From: an uncultured Candidatus Saccharibacteria bacterium
GTDB taxonomy: Bacteria > Patescibacteriota > Minisyncoccia > Phycocordibacterales > PALSA-1337
Length of the DNA stretch: 64,000 bases
Direction: 5' to 3'
NCBI GenBank assembly: GCA_964532285.1
Contig: CAZHHB010000004.1
Coordinates: forward strand, 425 to 64,424
Position 1 is the first letter of the stretch, and every line of letters starts with the position of its first letter. Under the pieces are notes generated by a model. The model was given only the letters and a program-made list of their open reading frames with translations. It was not told the origin of the DNA and did no database searches. Below, one piece after another: positions 7,411 to 15,996 of the stretch. The position numbers and the translations under genes are program-made.

Positions 7411-8994
7411 ATGCTTAACCTATCATTGCCGGGTAACCCCCGGTACCAACCGAAAGACCTACAGAAATATTTCGGCTACGACAACCTCTTCAGGTGTGTG
7501 GTCGAAGTGGAGATTGCAACCATGAGGACGCTGGCGGAGATCGGAGTCATTCCTCCTGAGGATATCGCTCTCCTCACGCCGGAACTTGAACAGAAACTCC
7601 TGGCGATCACGACGACCGAAGTCGACAGGGTCGAGAATACCGACACTGAAGAATTCGGCAAGAAGACCAAGCATGACATCCGCGCCTGGGTTGTGATAGC
7701 AAAGTCTCGGGTGCCAGAAGGTCTTCGCCGCTGGATTCACATTCCGCTTACAAGCTATGACGTCCTTGATACGGCTCGGTCGCTTCAGTTCTCTCGTGCT
7801 CACACAGAGGTGGTTAAACCCTTGGCTGATAAAGTCATCAAGCATTTCATTGAGCGGACTAGGACTTTCGCTTCGGTCAAGCAGATCGGTCGTACGCATG
7901 GTCAGCATGCGCTTCCAATCACAGTCGGATTCTGGTTCGCCACGATCTTGAGTCGGATTCTCCGGAATATTGAAAGTGCTAATATGGCAGCTTGTGGATT
8001 GGTAGGCAAGATCTCCGGTGCTGTCGGCGCGTACAATGCGCAGAAGGCGGTTGGGATCACATCAACATGTGCTCTGAACAGACTTGAAGCTATTCAAGCC
8101 TTCATGAGTAATCATGGGGTCACCAGTACAAACGATATTCCAGCGGGGATGATGAGTCGGATCATGTCAGAGCATCCAACTTTTGAAGAATTGGTATTGA
8201 AAAAGCTCGGCCTTAAACCGGCGCCGATCAGTACCCAGATCCTGCCACCCGAACCGCTCGCCGATTATCTGTTCGCATGTGTGAAGTTGTCGGCCTCCCT
8301 CGGCCAATTCGGTCGGGACGGTCGTAACCTCATGCGGAGCGAGATCGCTGAGCTCTGTGAACCGTTCGACAAGGGTCAAGTCGGTTCATCAACCATGGCG
8401 CACAAGAGGAACCCGATTAATTTCGAGAACCTTGAAAGCACATGGCTCAAGAACAAGAATGAGTTCGGCAAGGTCCTGGATGTATTCCTAAGTGATCATC
8501 AACGGGACCTGGTGAACAGTGCCGTTGCTCGGGATTTCCCGACAATCGTTGTAAATCTGGTTTCGCAACTGAACACTCTCTTGCGCGGCGACCCGCCATT
8601 CATCGCTCGGATCTCTGTTGACCAGGAAGCCTGCAAACGCAATCTGGAGCTTCAAGGTGTGGAGATTCTCGCAGAGCCAGTGCAAATAGCCCTTCAGATG
8701 GCAGGCTATACGGGAGATGCTCACAAGGTTGTAAACGAGCAGGCGCTTCCGCTCGTCAAACAAGGCAATTCCTGGTTGGGTGCGATCAAAAAGATTGCTG
8801 AAGATCAGAACGACCAAGGATTGTTGGAGGCCAGATCGAAATTACCGGATGATGTCATGTCGCTGATCGAAGATGTTGGCGGCCATTCCGAAAATTACAC
8901 TGGTCTGGCGGCCGAAAAAGCTCTGGAGATTGCCAAGGCTGCGGAAAACTATCTGAACGCTCCGGCTGTCATGGCTGCGTTTCTCGGTGTCTGA
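7411..8994 (+). CDS. purB: Adenylosuccinate lyase (PurB), fumarate-lyase superfamily
   Basis: Contains the fumarate-lyase signature 'GSSTMAHKRNPINFENL' (GSSxMxxKxN). Overall length and similarity fit ASL. GC-rich. Confidence 0.85.
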   Translation: MLNLSLPGNPRYQPKDLQKYFGYDNLFRCVVEVEIATMRTLAEIGVIPPEDIALLTPELEQKLLAITTTEVDRVENTDTEEFGKKTKHDIRAWVVIAKSRVPEGLRRWIHIPLTSYDVLDTARSLQFSRAHTEVVKPLADKVIKHFIERTRTFASVKQIGRTHGQHALPITVGFWFATILSRILRNIESANMAACGLVGKISGAVGAYNAQKAVGITSTCALNRLEAIQAFMSNHGVTSTNDIPAGMMSRIMSEHPTFEELVLKKLGLKPAPISTQILPPEPLADYLFACVKLSASLGQFGRDGRNLMRSEIAELCEPFDKGQVGSSTMAHKRNPINFENLESTWLKNKNEFGKVLDVFLSDHQRDLVNSAVARDFPTIVVNLVSQLNTLLRGDPPFIARISVDQEACKRNLELQGVEILAEPVQIALQMAGYTGDAHKVVNEQALPLVKQGNSWLGAIKKIAEDQNDQGLLEARSKLPDDVMSLIEDVGGHSENYTGLAAEKALEIAKAAENYLNAPAVMAAFLGV

Positions 8995-9016
8995 TACCTA
9001 TCTGGTACGAATTCAA

Positions 9017-9052
9017 CAGGCCCATTCTGTGAAAACGGAGTGGGTCTTTTTT
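9017..9052 (+). terminator. Rho-independent terminator after purB
   Basis: GGCCCATTCTG...CGGAGTGGGTC stem (with one G.U pair) followed by TTTTTT. Confidence 0.5.
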
Positions 9053-9059
9053 ATTACTC

Positions 9060-9111
9060 TTGACAGATATATACTTGGATGTTAGTTTTTGGTCAGGTTT
9101 GGGAATGGTTC
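9060..9111 (+). promoter_or_regulatory. Sigma70-like promoter (TTGACA-17-TAGTTT) plus 29-nt leader; copy 2 of the duplicated promoter/leader
   Basis: TTGACA at 9060-9065, a 17-nt spacer, then TAGTTT at 9083-9088. The stretch 9083-9111 is identical to 5827-5855. Confidence 0.5.
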
Positions 9112-9135
9112 TCAAAATAAAAAGAGAGGTGTCAT

Positions 9136-9684
9136 TTGAAAAAAATATTAAGTTTTATGAGTGTGGTAATGAGTATCTTCGGATACTCTTGTTTGATAGT
9201 GATGACCGCCAAGGGGACAGGTGAAGGGCTCTCCATTTCCACCTTCGGCCTCTGGTCTGCATTGGCGTGGATAACGAGCTTCACGATGTTGAGTCAAAAA
9301 GCCAATCCCGCAGTTCCCATTATCTACGGTGTTGGTGCAACTACGACGACGATCATACTACTCTTCAAAGGGAGGTATGGTTGGTCTGCTCTGGATACTG
9401 TCATAGCAATACTCGTCGTCTTGTGTGTGATACTTTGGCTTACCAGCGGTCCTCGATTGGCTCTTATTCTCTCTGTTGTGGCGGCAGCCATCGCTACTAT
9501 TCCATTCGTCGTTCTGACATGGAAGTCCCCAGAGATGAGCCCCATCATTCCAAATTCAGCATTTCTCGTGGCGAATTACCTAGCCTTTGTTTCGGCCAAG
9601 GCGTGGACTATCGAGGACAGACTGTATTCAGGGGTGAATGTGGTGGTTTGTTCGCTATTGATCATTCCGTGGTTGTTTCGTTAA
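9136..9684 (+). CDS. Hypothetical polytopic membrane protein (TTG start)
   Basis: 182-aa ORF with about 6 TM segments. A strong SD 'AAAGAGAGG' sits 6 nt upstream of TTG 9136. Family not recognised. Confidence 0.5.
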   Translation: MKKILSFMSVVMSIFGYSCLIVMTAKGTGEGLSISTFGLWSALAWITSFTMLSQKANPAVPIIYGVGATTTTIILLFKGRYGWSALDTVIAILVVLCVILWLTSGPRLALILSVVAAAIATIPFVVLTWKSPEMSPIIPNSAFLVANYLAFVSAKAWTIEDRLYSGVNVVVCSLLIIPWLFR

Positions 9685-9834
9685 TCTCGCGTGCGATCAC
9701 GATGATTTCTCAAATAGGCTCAGACGCAAGTTTGGGTCTTTTTTTATGTGTTAAATTATTAATAGATTTGTAAGATTTCATCCCTTAGATTCTGGTATTT
9801 TTTGGTAAATTTTCTCTAAAATAGCCTTATTTAT

Positions 9835-9878
9835 TACCGGGAATTGGAAGAATTTGCAAAAAATGCTAATTCCCGGTA
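9835..9878 (+). promoter_or_regulatory. Inverted repeat (10-bp arms, 22-bp spacer), candidate operator upstream of the GHKL gene
   Basis: TACCGGGAATT at 9835-9845 and AATTCCCGGTA at 9868-9878, about 10 nt upstream of the GTG start at 9889. Confidence 0.4.
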
Positions 9879-9888
9879 AAATCGTGTT

Positions 9889-10857
9889 GTGAAAATACAT
9901 TTACCAAATAGCGCATTTCTGGGTAATATTAACTCATTTCTTAGAAGTTTCGATTCATCTTCCCCAGATGAACTAATAGTTACTTCTAATAATAAATGGG
10001 TATCAGTTCATCCCGTCGTCATTGCAATGGTCGCCGCTCTAGGTAAGGGTATATCTGCCCAAAAGCTTAGATTCGAAGCTTTTGAAGCAAAGTCCAAGCA
10101 TTATTTTGAGAGAATAGGTCTATTTCGTTTTTTGGGTAAAGACTCAGGCATTTCAATAACAAAACATGATTCCTCTGGTCGTTTTATCCCTATAACAAAG
10201 ATTAAAAATTCTAACGAACAGAGTAAGTTCATTACGGAAATGATTCCTCTTTTACATCTCGCGGACAACCCTAGACAAGCAGAACCCATTCAGTATATTG
10301 TTGGTGAGTTGGTGAGAAATGTTATTGAACATTCTCAATCTAAGGACGGTGCTATAGTTTGTGCTCAATATTACAAAAAAAGTAACACTATCAGGATTGG
10401 AATTGTTGACGGGGGTGTTGGTATTAAAAAAACAATAACCCGTTCCCATCAAGCCGTAGATGACTTTGAAGCCATTAAACTTGCTCTAATGCCAGGTATA
10501 ACAGGCACAACAAGAAAGGAGGGTGGTACTGCTGAAAATGTTGGAGCTGGATTGTTTTTTATCAAATCCATTGCTCATGTGAACCGCGATTTTTTCTTAA
10601 TATATAGCGGTCAGGCAATGTTTAAATTACTTAAAAGACCCCTTGAAGGATCAGTGTTTTTACAGGCTGACCCTCTTCAAGACAGACATTCTAAAGAAAA
10701 AATGCTTCCATATTGGAATGGAACTGTTGTGGGGATAGATATATCTCTAGATAATACAAAAGAATTCTCTGTCATCTTGGATTTGATTCGTAATACATAT
10801 GCGACATCAGTTAGAGAGAGGAGAAAAGAAAAGTATAGAAAACCTAAATTTATATGA
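9889..10857 (+). CDS. GHKL/Bergerat-fold ATPase, histidine-kinase-like ATP-binding protein with ~130-aa N-terminal extension
   Basis: N-box 'ELVRNVIEH', G1 'VDGGVGI' and G2 'GTAENVGAGLF' are present, and the ATP-binding core resembles anti-sigma-factor kinases (RsbW/SpoIIAB). GTG start. The stop overlaps the next gene as ATGA. Confidence 0.6.
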   Translation: MKIHLPNSAFLGNINSFLRSFDSSSPDELIVTSNNKWVSVHPVVIAMVAALGKGISAQKLRFEAFEAKSKHYFERIGLFRFLGKDSGISITKHDSSGRFIPITKIKNSNEQSKFITEMIPLLHLADNPRQAEPIQYIVGELVRNVIEHSQSKDGAIVCAQYYKKSNTIRIGIVDGGVGIKKTITRSHQAVDDFEAIKLALMPGITGTTRKEGGTAENVGAGLFFIKSIAHVNRDFFLIYSGQAMFKLLKRPLEGSVFLQADPLQDRHSKEKMLPYWNGTVVGIDISLDNTKEFSVILDLIRNTYATSVRERRKEKYRKPKFI

Positions 10858-11144
10858 CAACAATAAAATTACAACCAATAGTTGGATCTTTTGCTGAGAA
10901 TAAAGATAAGGCAAAAGAGATTCGTATAAAGAAAATTAATCCTATATTAAAAAAAGGAGAGAGTATAAAACTAGATTTTGAAGGTGTTACCTTGGCAACT
11001 CAATCTTTTATACACGCTCTAATCAGCCAGTTGATTAGACATTATGGAACCGAAGTCCTAGATAGGATTCAATTTAAGAATTGTAATAACACACTGAAGA
11101 AAATTATTGAAATTGTTACTGACTATATGCAATTTAGAGAATAG
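10854..11144 (+). CDS. Small STAS-like (DUF4325-type) protein, translationally coupled partner of the GHKL ATPase
   Basis: 96 aa, 'ESIKLDFEGVTLATQSFIHALISQLIRHYGTEVLDRIQFKNCNNTLKKII', fits a STAS / anti-sigma-antagonist-like alpha/beta fold. It shares a 4-nt ATGA overlap with the upstream gene. Confidence 0.5.
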   Translation: MTTIKLQPIVGSFAENKDKAKEIRIKKINPILKKGESIKLDFEGVTLATQSFIHALISQLIRHYGTEVLDRIQFKNCNNTLKKIIEIVTDYMQFRE

Positions 11145-11191
11145 CCAGATTTCTAATCCCCAACCAATTTTTCCTGCTATACTATGAGCGC

Positions 11192-11971
11192 ATGGAAAAT
11201 TCTGAGAAATCACAAAACAGAGGTCTGTCGGAGGTTGTCATAAAAGATCTGCGTATTCTCGCTTCCTCATTTTGTATTCTATTATTTCTCGTCGGGATCA
11301 ATTCTATTTTTCAAAATTTATTTGCAGTTAAAGAGTCTGTTTCAGAAGTTGTCATTCCTAGACCACTGTCTTCACAAGAGATAACGCACGGCGATCAGAC
11401 CAAAAATCAAGTCATATTTACATTCGATGGAGGTAGTGGATCTGAGTCTGGCAAAGCTATTTTAGATACATACAAAAAACACAATATCAAAGCCACTTTT
11501 TTCCTCACAGGTAAATTTGTAGAAGAAAATCCAGAGCTTGTGAGAAGTATGGTCGCTGGAGGCCACGAGATATTCAATCATACTTATGATCACCCACATC
11601 TAGATGAAATTTCCGATCAGGAAATTATTGTAGAATTTGAAAAGATGGATCAGGTTTTGACGAGGACAGTCGGCATATCATCCAAACCTTTTTTCCGTCC
11701 ACCATATGGCAGTCGCGATCAGAGGGTGTTGGATATTGCATACAAGGCAGGGTATCAGTCCGTCTATTGGTCTATTGACGCCGGTGATTGGGAAGAGTCT
11801 AATGGCACCACTCCTGATCAAGTCAAATACAGAATACTTTCAAATCTTACTTCTGGTAATATTTACCTTATGCATATAGGAGATACGATTACTGCCACTA
11901 TCCTAGATGATGTATTCAATACAATTGAGTCTAAGGGGTACAAGATAGTTTCCTTGTCAGAAGGGTTGTAA
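11192..11971 (+). CDS. Polysaccharide deacetylase (NodB homology domain), membrane-anchored
   Basis: Carries the NodB-domain motifs 'FTFDGGSG', 'HEIFNHTYDHPHL' and 'RPPYGSRD', plus an N-terminal TM segment. Confidence 0.75.
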   Translation: MENSEKSQNRGLSEVVIKDLRILASSFCILLFLVGINSIFQNLFAVKESVSEVVIPRPLSSQEITHGDQTKNQVIFTFDGGSGSESGKAILDTYKKHNIKATFFLTGKFVEENPELVRSMVAGGHEIFNHTYDHPHLDEISDQEIIVEFEKMDQVLTRTVGISSKPFFRPPYGSRDQRVLDIAYKAGYQSVYWSIDAGDWEESNGTTPDQVKYRILSNLTSGNIYLMHIGDTITATILDDVFNTIESKGYKIVSLSEGL

Positions 11972-11990
11972 TCTATTACAATCACATTCT

Positions 11991-12644
11991 ATGAATACAA
12001 GACGAATAATATTTTGGTCCATCTTTGTCCTAGTCCTGGGATTGATAATCTGGGGACTTGCAGCCGCTATCAACAAATCTTCAAATGGAGGCTTGAAATT
12101 GGCCGCTCCAGCGCCTGTTAGCGCCACAGATCATGTTCGTGGCCCTTCAGATGCGCCAGTTACACTCATAGAATACGGTGATTTCCAGTGTCCTGCTTGT
12201 GCCGCTTATTTTCCTTTGATTGAGAGACTATTCAATGAATCCTCCACAACCCTTCGTATGGTTTCTCGCAATTTTCCACTTACTCAACACGCAAATGCCA
12301 TTCCTTCCGCCTTGGCGGCAGAAGCTGCTGGTATGCAAGGGAAGTATTGGGAGATGTTCAAGTCTCTGTATGAGAATCATGACGAATGGGCCGAAGTCAA
12401 AGACGCTTCTCCTCTATTTGAAAAGTACGCTAGCGAGATCGGTTTGAATATTGAAACCTTCAAGATAGATCTGAAAAATCCCGATCTTAGAAAAAAGATT
12501 GAGGATGATCGTGATGAGGGTATTCATATCGGCATAAATCATACGCCGACATTCTTCGTAAATGGTAAAGAGGTAGTTGATATCCAAAACTATGAACAAT
12601 TTAAAGAACTTATTCAAACAGCCGCTCAAGAAAGTTCCAAATAG
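11991..12644 (+). CDS. DsbA-like thiol:disulfide oxidoreductase (thioredoxin fold), membrane-anchored
   Basis: CxxC active site 'FQCPACAAY' in a DsbA-family context, with an N-terminal TM segment. Confidence 0.7.
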   Translation: MNTRRIIFWSIFVLVLGLIIWGLAAAINKSSNGGLKLAAPAPVSATDHVRGPSDAPVTLIEYGDFQCPACAAYFPLIERLFNESSTTLRMVSRNFPLTQHANAIPSALAAEAAGMQGKYWEMFKSLYENHDEWAEVKDASPLFEKYASEIGLNIETFKIDLKNPDLRKKIEDDRDEGIHIGINHTPTFFVNGKEVVDIQNYEQFKELIQTAAQESSK

Positions 12645-13101
12645 TATTGCAATATTCATTTTGATAATTGCTCTACTTGGCTTTGTTGACGCAGGTTATC
12701 TGACTGTTGAACATTATCGCAATGTAGTTCCTCCGTGTTCTCTGACCGCTGAGTGTGAACAAGTTTTGACCAGCTCATATTCCGTAGTTATGGGCGTGCC
12801 TGTTTCTCTGGCAGGAGCCATTTATTATCTTTTGATAATGATCGGGGCGTTCGGATATCTGGAAAGTAAGAATGTCAAACTCTTGAAGTTTACTCTACTT
12901 CTCACCATCGCTGGCCTCCTAGCTTCTTTGTGGTTTGTGTATGTGCAGGTCTTCATTATTCATTCATATTGTGCCTACTGTCTGGGTTCAGCTCTCACTT
13001 CAATTATTCTATTTGTAACATCTATGAATGTCCTGATGAGATATCAAATAGCCGGTGAGAGTGATGTTTGTGCAGAAATACCAAATGATCAAAACAAATA
13101 A
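12592..13101 (+). CDS. Vitamin K epoxide reductase (VKOR) family protein, DsbB-analogue partner of DsbA
   Basis: Multi-TM protein with a 'CAYC' redox motif in a TM helix and a loop Cys pair 'PPCSLTAEC'. The first ATG at 12592 overlaps dsbA by 53 nt (the frame opens at TTG 12577), so the start is uncertain. Confidence 0.6.
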   Translation: MNNLKNLFKQPLKKVPNSIAIFILIIALLGFVDAGYLTVEHYRNVVPPCSLTAECEQVLTSSYSVVMGVPVSLAGAIYYLLIMIGAFGYLESKNVKLLKFTLLLTIAGLLASLWFVYVQVFIIHSYCAYCLGSALTSIILFVTSMNVLMRYQIAGESDVCAEIPNDQNK

Positions 13102-14011
13102 TATACTCATAACAGAATCAAGCTCAGAATATGAACTTATAGATTCTGGGGAAGGGGAGAAGTTGGAACGCTTCGGTAAATTCGTCTTGTCCAGACCAGA
13201 TCCGCAAGCTCTGTGGAATAAAAATCTTTCATCAGATGAATGGAAAAAGGCCGATGGGCATTTCAGTCGCGATGAAGCCAAGGGCTCCTGGTCTCTCAAG
13301 AAAGATATGCCAGATCGTTGGGATATAGATTTTGGTGGTTTGAGATTCTGGATCCGTCCTGGGGCTTTCAAGCATACAGGTTTGTTCCCAGAGCAGTCGG
13401 TCAATTGGGATTGGTTGCGAGGAATTATCTCCACAAATACTGTGGAAAACAAGGATTTTGAAGTCCTAAACTTATTTGGCTATACCGGCGGTGCTACTCT
13501 CGCTTGTGCTCAGGCTGGTGCCAAGGTCGTACACATAGATGGTTCAAAAGCGGCGATCGCTTCCGCTAGAGAAAACGCCGAAATTTCTGGCTTGGACAAA
13601 AAGCCTATTCGTTGGATATTGGATGATGCTCGCGCTTTTGTGAAAAGAGAGATAAAACGCGAACGCAAATATGACGGCATTATCATGGATCCGCCAGCCT
13701 TTGGTCATGGTCCAGACAATGAATTGTGGAAAATTGAAGAAAATTTCATTCCTCTATTTGAGGATTGCTTGAAGATTTTGAAAGACAAACCATCATTTTT
13801 CCTGATAAATGGTTATTCTGCCGGCTATTCCGCCACTGCTTACGAAAATAATTTACTTTGTTTGGTTGATAAGTTCGGCGGCAAGATAGAAACAGGAGAA
13901 TTGGCTATAGCGGAGGCGAGGCCTACAAGGCGAGACCTACAAGGCGAGACCTACAAGGTGAGACCTCGTATTCTGCCAGCCGGCATATTCGCTAGGTGGT
14001 CTAGGGAGTAA
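13085..14011 (+). CDS. Class I SAM-dependent RNA methyltransferase (RlmI/YccW-like)
   Basis: The block 'NLFGYTGGATLACAQAGAKVVHIDGSKAAIASARENA...IIMDPPAFG' resembles the RlmI/YccW-type 23S rRNA m5C methyltransferases. The ATG at 13085 overlaps the VKOR gene by 17 nt. Confidence 0.6.
   Translation: MIKTNNILITESSSEYELIDSGEGEKLERFGKFVLSRPDPQALWNKNLSSDEWKKADGHFSRDEAKGSWSLKKDMPDRWDIDFGGLRFWIRPGAFKHTGLFPEQSVNWDWLRGIISTNTVENKDFEVLNLFGYTGGATLACAQAGAKVVHIDGSKAAIASARENAEISGLDKKPIRWILDDARAFVKREIKRERKYDGIIMDPPAFGHGPDNELWKIEENFIPLFEDCLKILKDKPSFFLINGYSAGYSATAYENNLLCLVDKFGGKIETGELAIAEARPTRRDLQGETYKVRPRILPAGIFARWSRE
13915..13968 (+). repeat. 14-bp tandem repeat (about 3.5 units, ACCTACAAGGCGAG) within the 3' end of the methyltransferase gene
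   Basis: GCGAGGCCTACAAGGCGAGACCTACAAGGCGAGACCTACAAGGTGAGACCTCG, encoding '...EARPTRRDLQGETYKVRPR'. Confidence 0.7.
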
Positions 14012-14030
14012 TTTATGTTATTGTAATACC

Positions 14031-14945
14031 ATGTCAGCTATTATTTTGGATGGCAGAAAAACTCGCGAGGCCTTGATGCCCGAGCTCATAAGCAGGGTGA
14101 AGACTTTTTCTTTTGCACCAATATTAGCAATTATTCAGGTTGGTGACAGGCCTGATTCGTCATCATATATCAGAGCCAAAGAAAGTTTCGCAAAGAAGAT
14201 CGGTGTCGAATGCAAGATTATGAAGGTTTCTGATGCGGTATCTCAGCAAGAAATTATAGAAATTGTGAAAGAGTGCAATGCTGACAAATCTATAAAGGGA
14301 ATTATTGTTCAGTTGCCACTTCCTATTTCCCTGGATCGCGACACGATAATTAACACTATTGATCCACACAAAGATGTTGATGGTTTGACCCCGTTCCAAG
14401 TAAAGGCTTGGAGTCAAGGTAGAGAAGATGCGGTTCTGCCAGCAACAGCTCGTGGTGTGAGACAACTTTTGAAGCAATACGACATATCTCTATTCGGTAA
14501 GAGGGTCACTGTTGTAGGCCGTTCAATGCTCGTGGGGAAACCCATCATCTCTATGTGTTTGAATGAGAACGCTACAGTCACAGTTTGTCATAGCAAAACT
14601 GAGGATTTGGCTTTCTATACAAAAAAAGCTGATATTTTGATCGTGGCTGCGGGCAAGCCTGGGCTGATTCAGAAAAAGCACACTAACAAGAAACAGATTG
14701 TGGTTGATGTCGGAATAAATACAGTCGGTGTAATCAGTGGTGAGTCTGATCGTCTTGGATATGCAGGAGGCAGTAAACTTGAAAAGTTGGAAAATGAGAT
14801 AGAGGGGAAGAAGTTGGTGGGTGATGTTGATTTTGACAAAATACAGAAATCTGTAGCGGCCATTACTCCTGTTCCTGGTGGCGTGGGACCCATGACAGTA
14901 CTGTCTTTGTTTGAAAATCTCTTGGATTTATGCGAGACTGAATAA
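14031..14945 (+). CDS. folD: Bifunctional methylenetetrahydrofolate dehydrogenase / methenyl-THF cyclohydrolase
   Basis: 'IIQVGDRPDSSSYIRAKE', 'GKRVTVVGRSMLVGKP' and 'ITPVPGGVGPMTV' match FolD. There is a ~20-aa insertion before the C-terminal helix. Confidence 0.85.
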   Translation: MSAIILDGRKTREALMPELISRVKTFSFAPILAIIQVGDRPDSSSYIRAKESFAKKIGVECKIMKVSDAVSQQEIIEIVKECNADKSIKGIIVQLPLPISLDRDTIINTIDPHKDVDGLTPFQVKAWSQGREDAVLPATARGVRQLLKQYDISLFGKRVTVVGRSMLVGKPIISMCLNENATVTVCHSKTEDLAFYTKKADILIVAAGKPGLIQKKHTNKKQIVVDVGINTVGVISGESDRLGYAGGSKLEKLENEIEGKKLVGDVDFDKIQKSVAAITPVPGGVGPMTVLSLFENLLDLCETE

Positions 14946-14977
14946 GAAATTACTTATTAAATAATTAATCTAAAATC

Positions 14978-15763
14978 ATGAACATACCAGAAAAATTTTG
15001 GAAGGGAATTATGGGCTTAGTCGGAATACTAATAGTTTTTCTTCTCGTTATTTCCATAAAAGAGATCAAAACTATAGGCTATATTGGTGCAAATCCAAAT
15101 ATCAGCAATACAATCAGTGTTGATGGCAGTGGAGATGCTGTAGCAATACCAGATATTGCAACATTTTCTTTCACAGTCAACGAAACAGCGAAAACTGTTG
15201 TTGATGCGCAAAAGTTGGCTACTGATAAGATGAATGCTGCATTGAAAGCGATTCGCGCCGGAGGAGTGGCTGACAAGGATATCCAAACACAGTCATACAA
15301 TATCAATCCACATTACGAATATCAGGGTAGTGTCTGTAGCACATACAGCTGTCCGCCTTCCAAGTCAGTCTTGACCGGATATGATGTAAGTCAGAGTGTG
15401 CAGGTCAAGGTCCGCGATTTGAGTAAAGCGGGAGCATTGTTCTCATCTATCGGTTCTCTGGATGTTCAGAATGTTAACGGCCTGTCTTTCTCTGTAGACA
15501 AGCCAGAGACAGTCCAGGCTGAGGCTAGAGGCAAAGCTATTACGAATGCCCAAGACAAGGCAAATAAGTTGGCGAAGCAATTAGGCGTATCACTAGTTCG
15601 CATCATCAGCTTCTCAGAAAATGGTAGTAACTACCCACGTCCGGTTGTATATGGAATGGGAGGGGATAGTGCCATGATGAAGAACGCCTCTGTTGCTCCT
15701 GAGATTCCAGCTGGTGAGCAAAAGGTTACAGCTACGGTCTCTATTACTTACGAGATAAAGTAG
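14978..15763 (+). CDS. SIMPL/DUF541 family periplasmic protein (YggE-like)
   Basis: N-terminal TM/signal segment, then 'FSFTVNETAKTVVDAQKLATDKMNAALKAIRAGGVADKDIQTQSYNI...VTATVSITYEIK', which fits the SIMPL domain. Confidence 0.6.
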   Translation: MNIPEKFWKGIMGLVGILIVFLLVISIKEIKTIGYIGANPNISNTISVDGSGDAVAIPDIATFSFTVNETAKTVVDAQKLATDKMNAALKAIRAGGVADKDIQTQSYNINPHYEYQGSVCSTYSCPPSKSVLTGYDVSQSVQVKVRDLSKAGALFSSIGSLDVQNVNGLSFSVDKPETVQAEARGKAITNAQDKANKLAKQLGVSLVRIISFSENGSNYPRPVVYGMGGDSAMMKNASVAPEIPAGEQKVTATVSITYEIK

Positions 15764-15799
15764 GTGGGGGTATGGTATACTGCGCATATCTAAAGTATT

Positions 15800-15991
15800 A
15801 TGGAAAACCTTCCCAAGGAGAAATTCTTTCGCGTTTATGCGAATTTACCTATTGGTCTAAGAGACCAAGTTGTTATTACACTACCTGAAGTGGGACCTAT
15901 GAGTTGGAACGCAGCCTATGTTGAAGTAAACAATGGTACCAAGATTGGGGATGCTATTGTCGAGAAATTGATTGAGCTTAAAATAATTTAA
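15800..15991 (+). CDS. Hypothetical small protein (63 aa)
   Basis: ORF only. It is the first of three tightly packed or overlapping small genes upstream of the DGR target. Confidence 0.3.
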   Translation: MENLPKEKFFRVYANLPIGLRDQVVITLPEVGPMSWNAAYVEVNNGTKIGDAIVEKLIELKII

Positions 15992-15996
15992 TTAAG

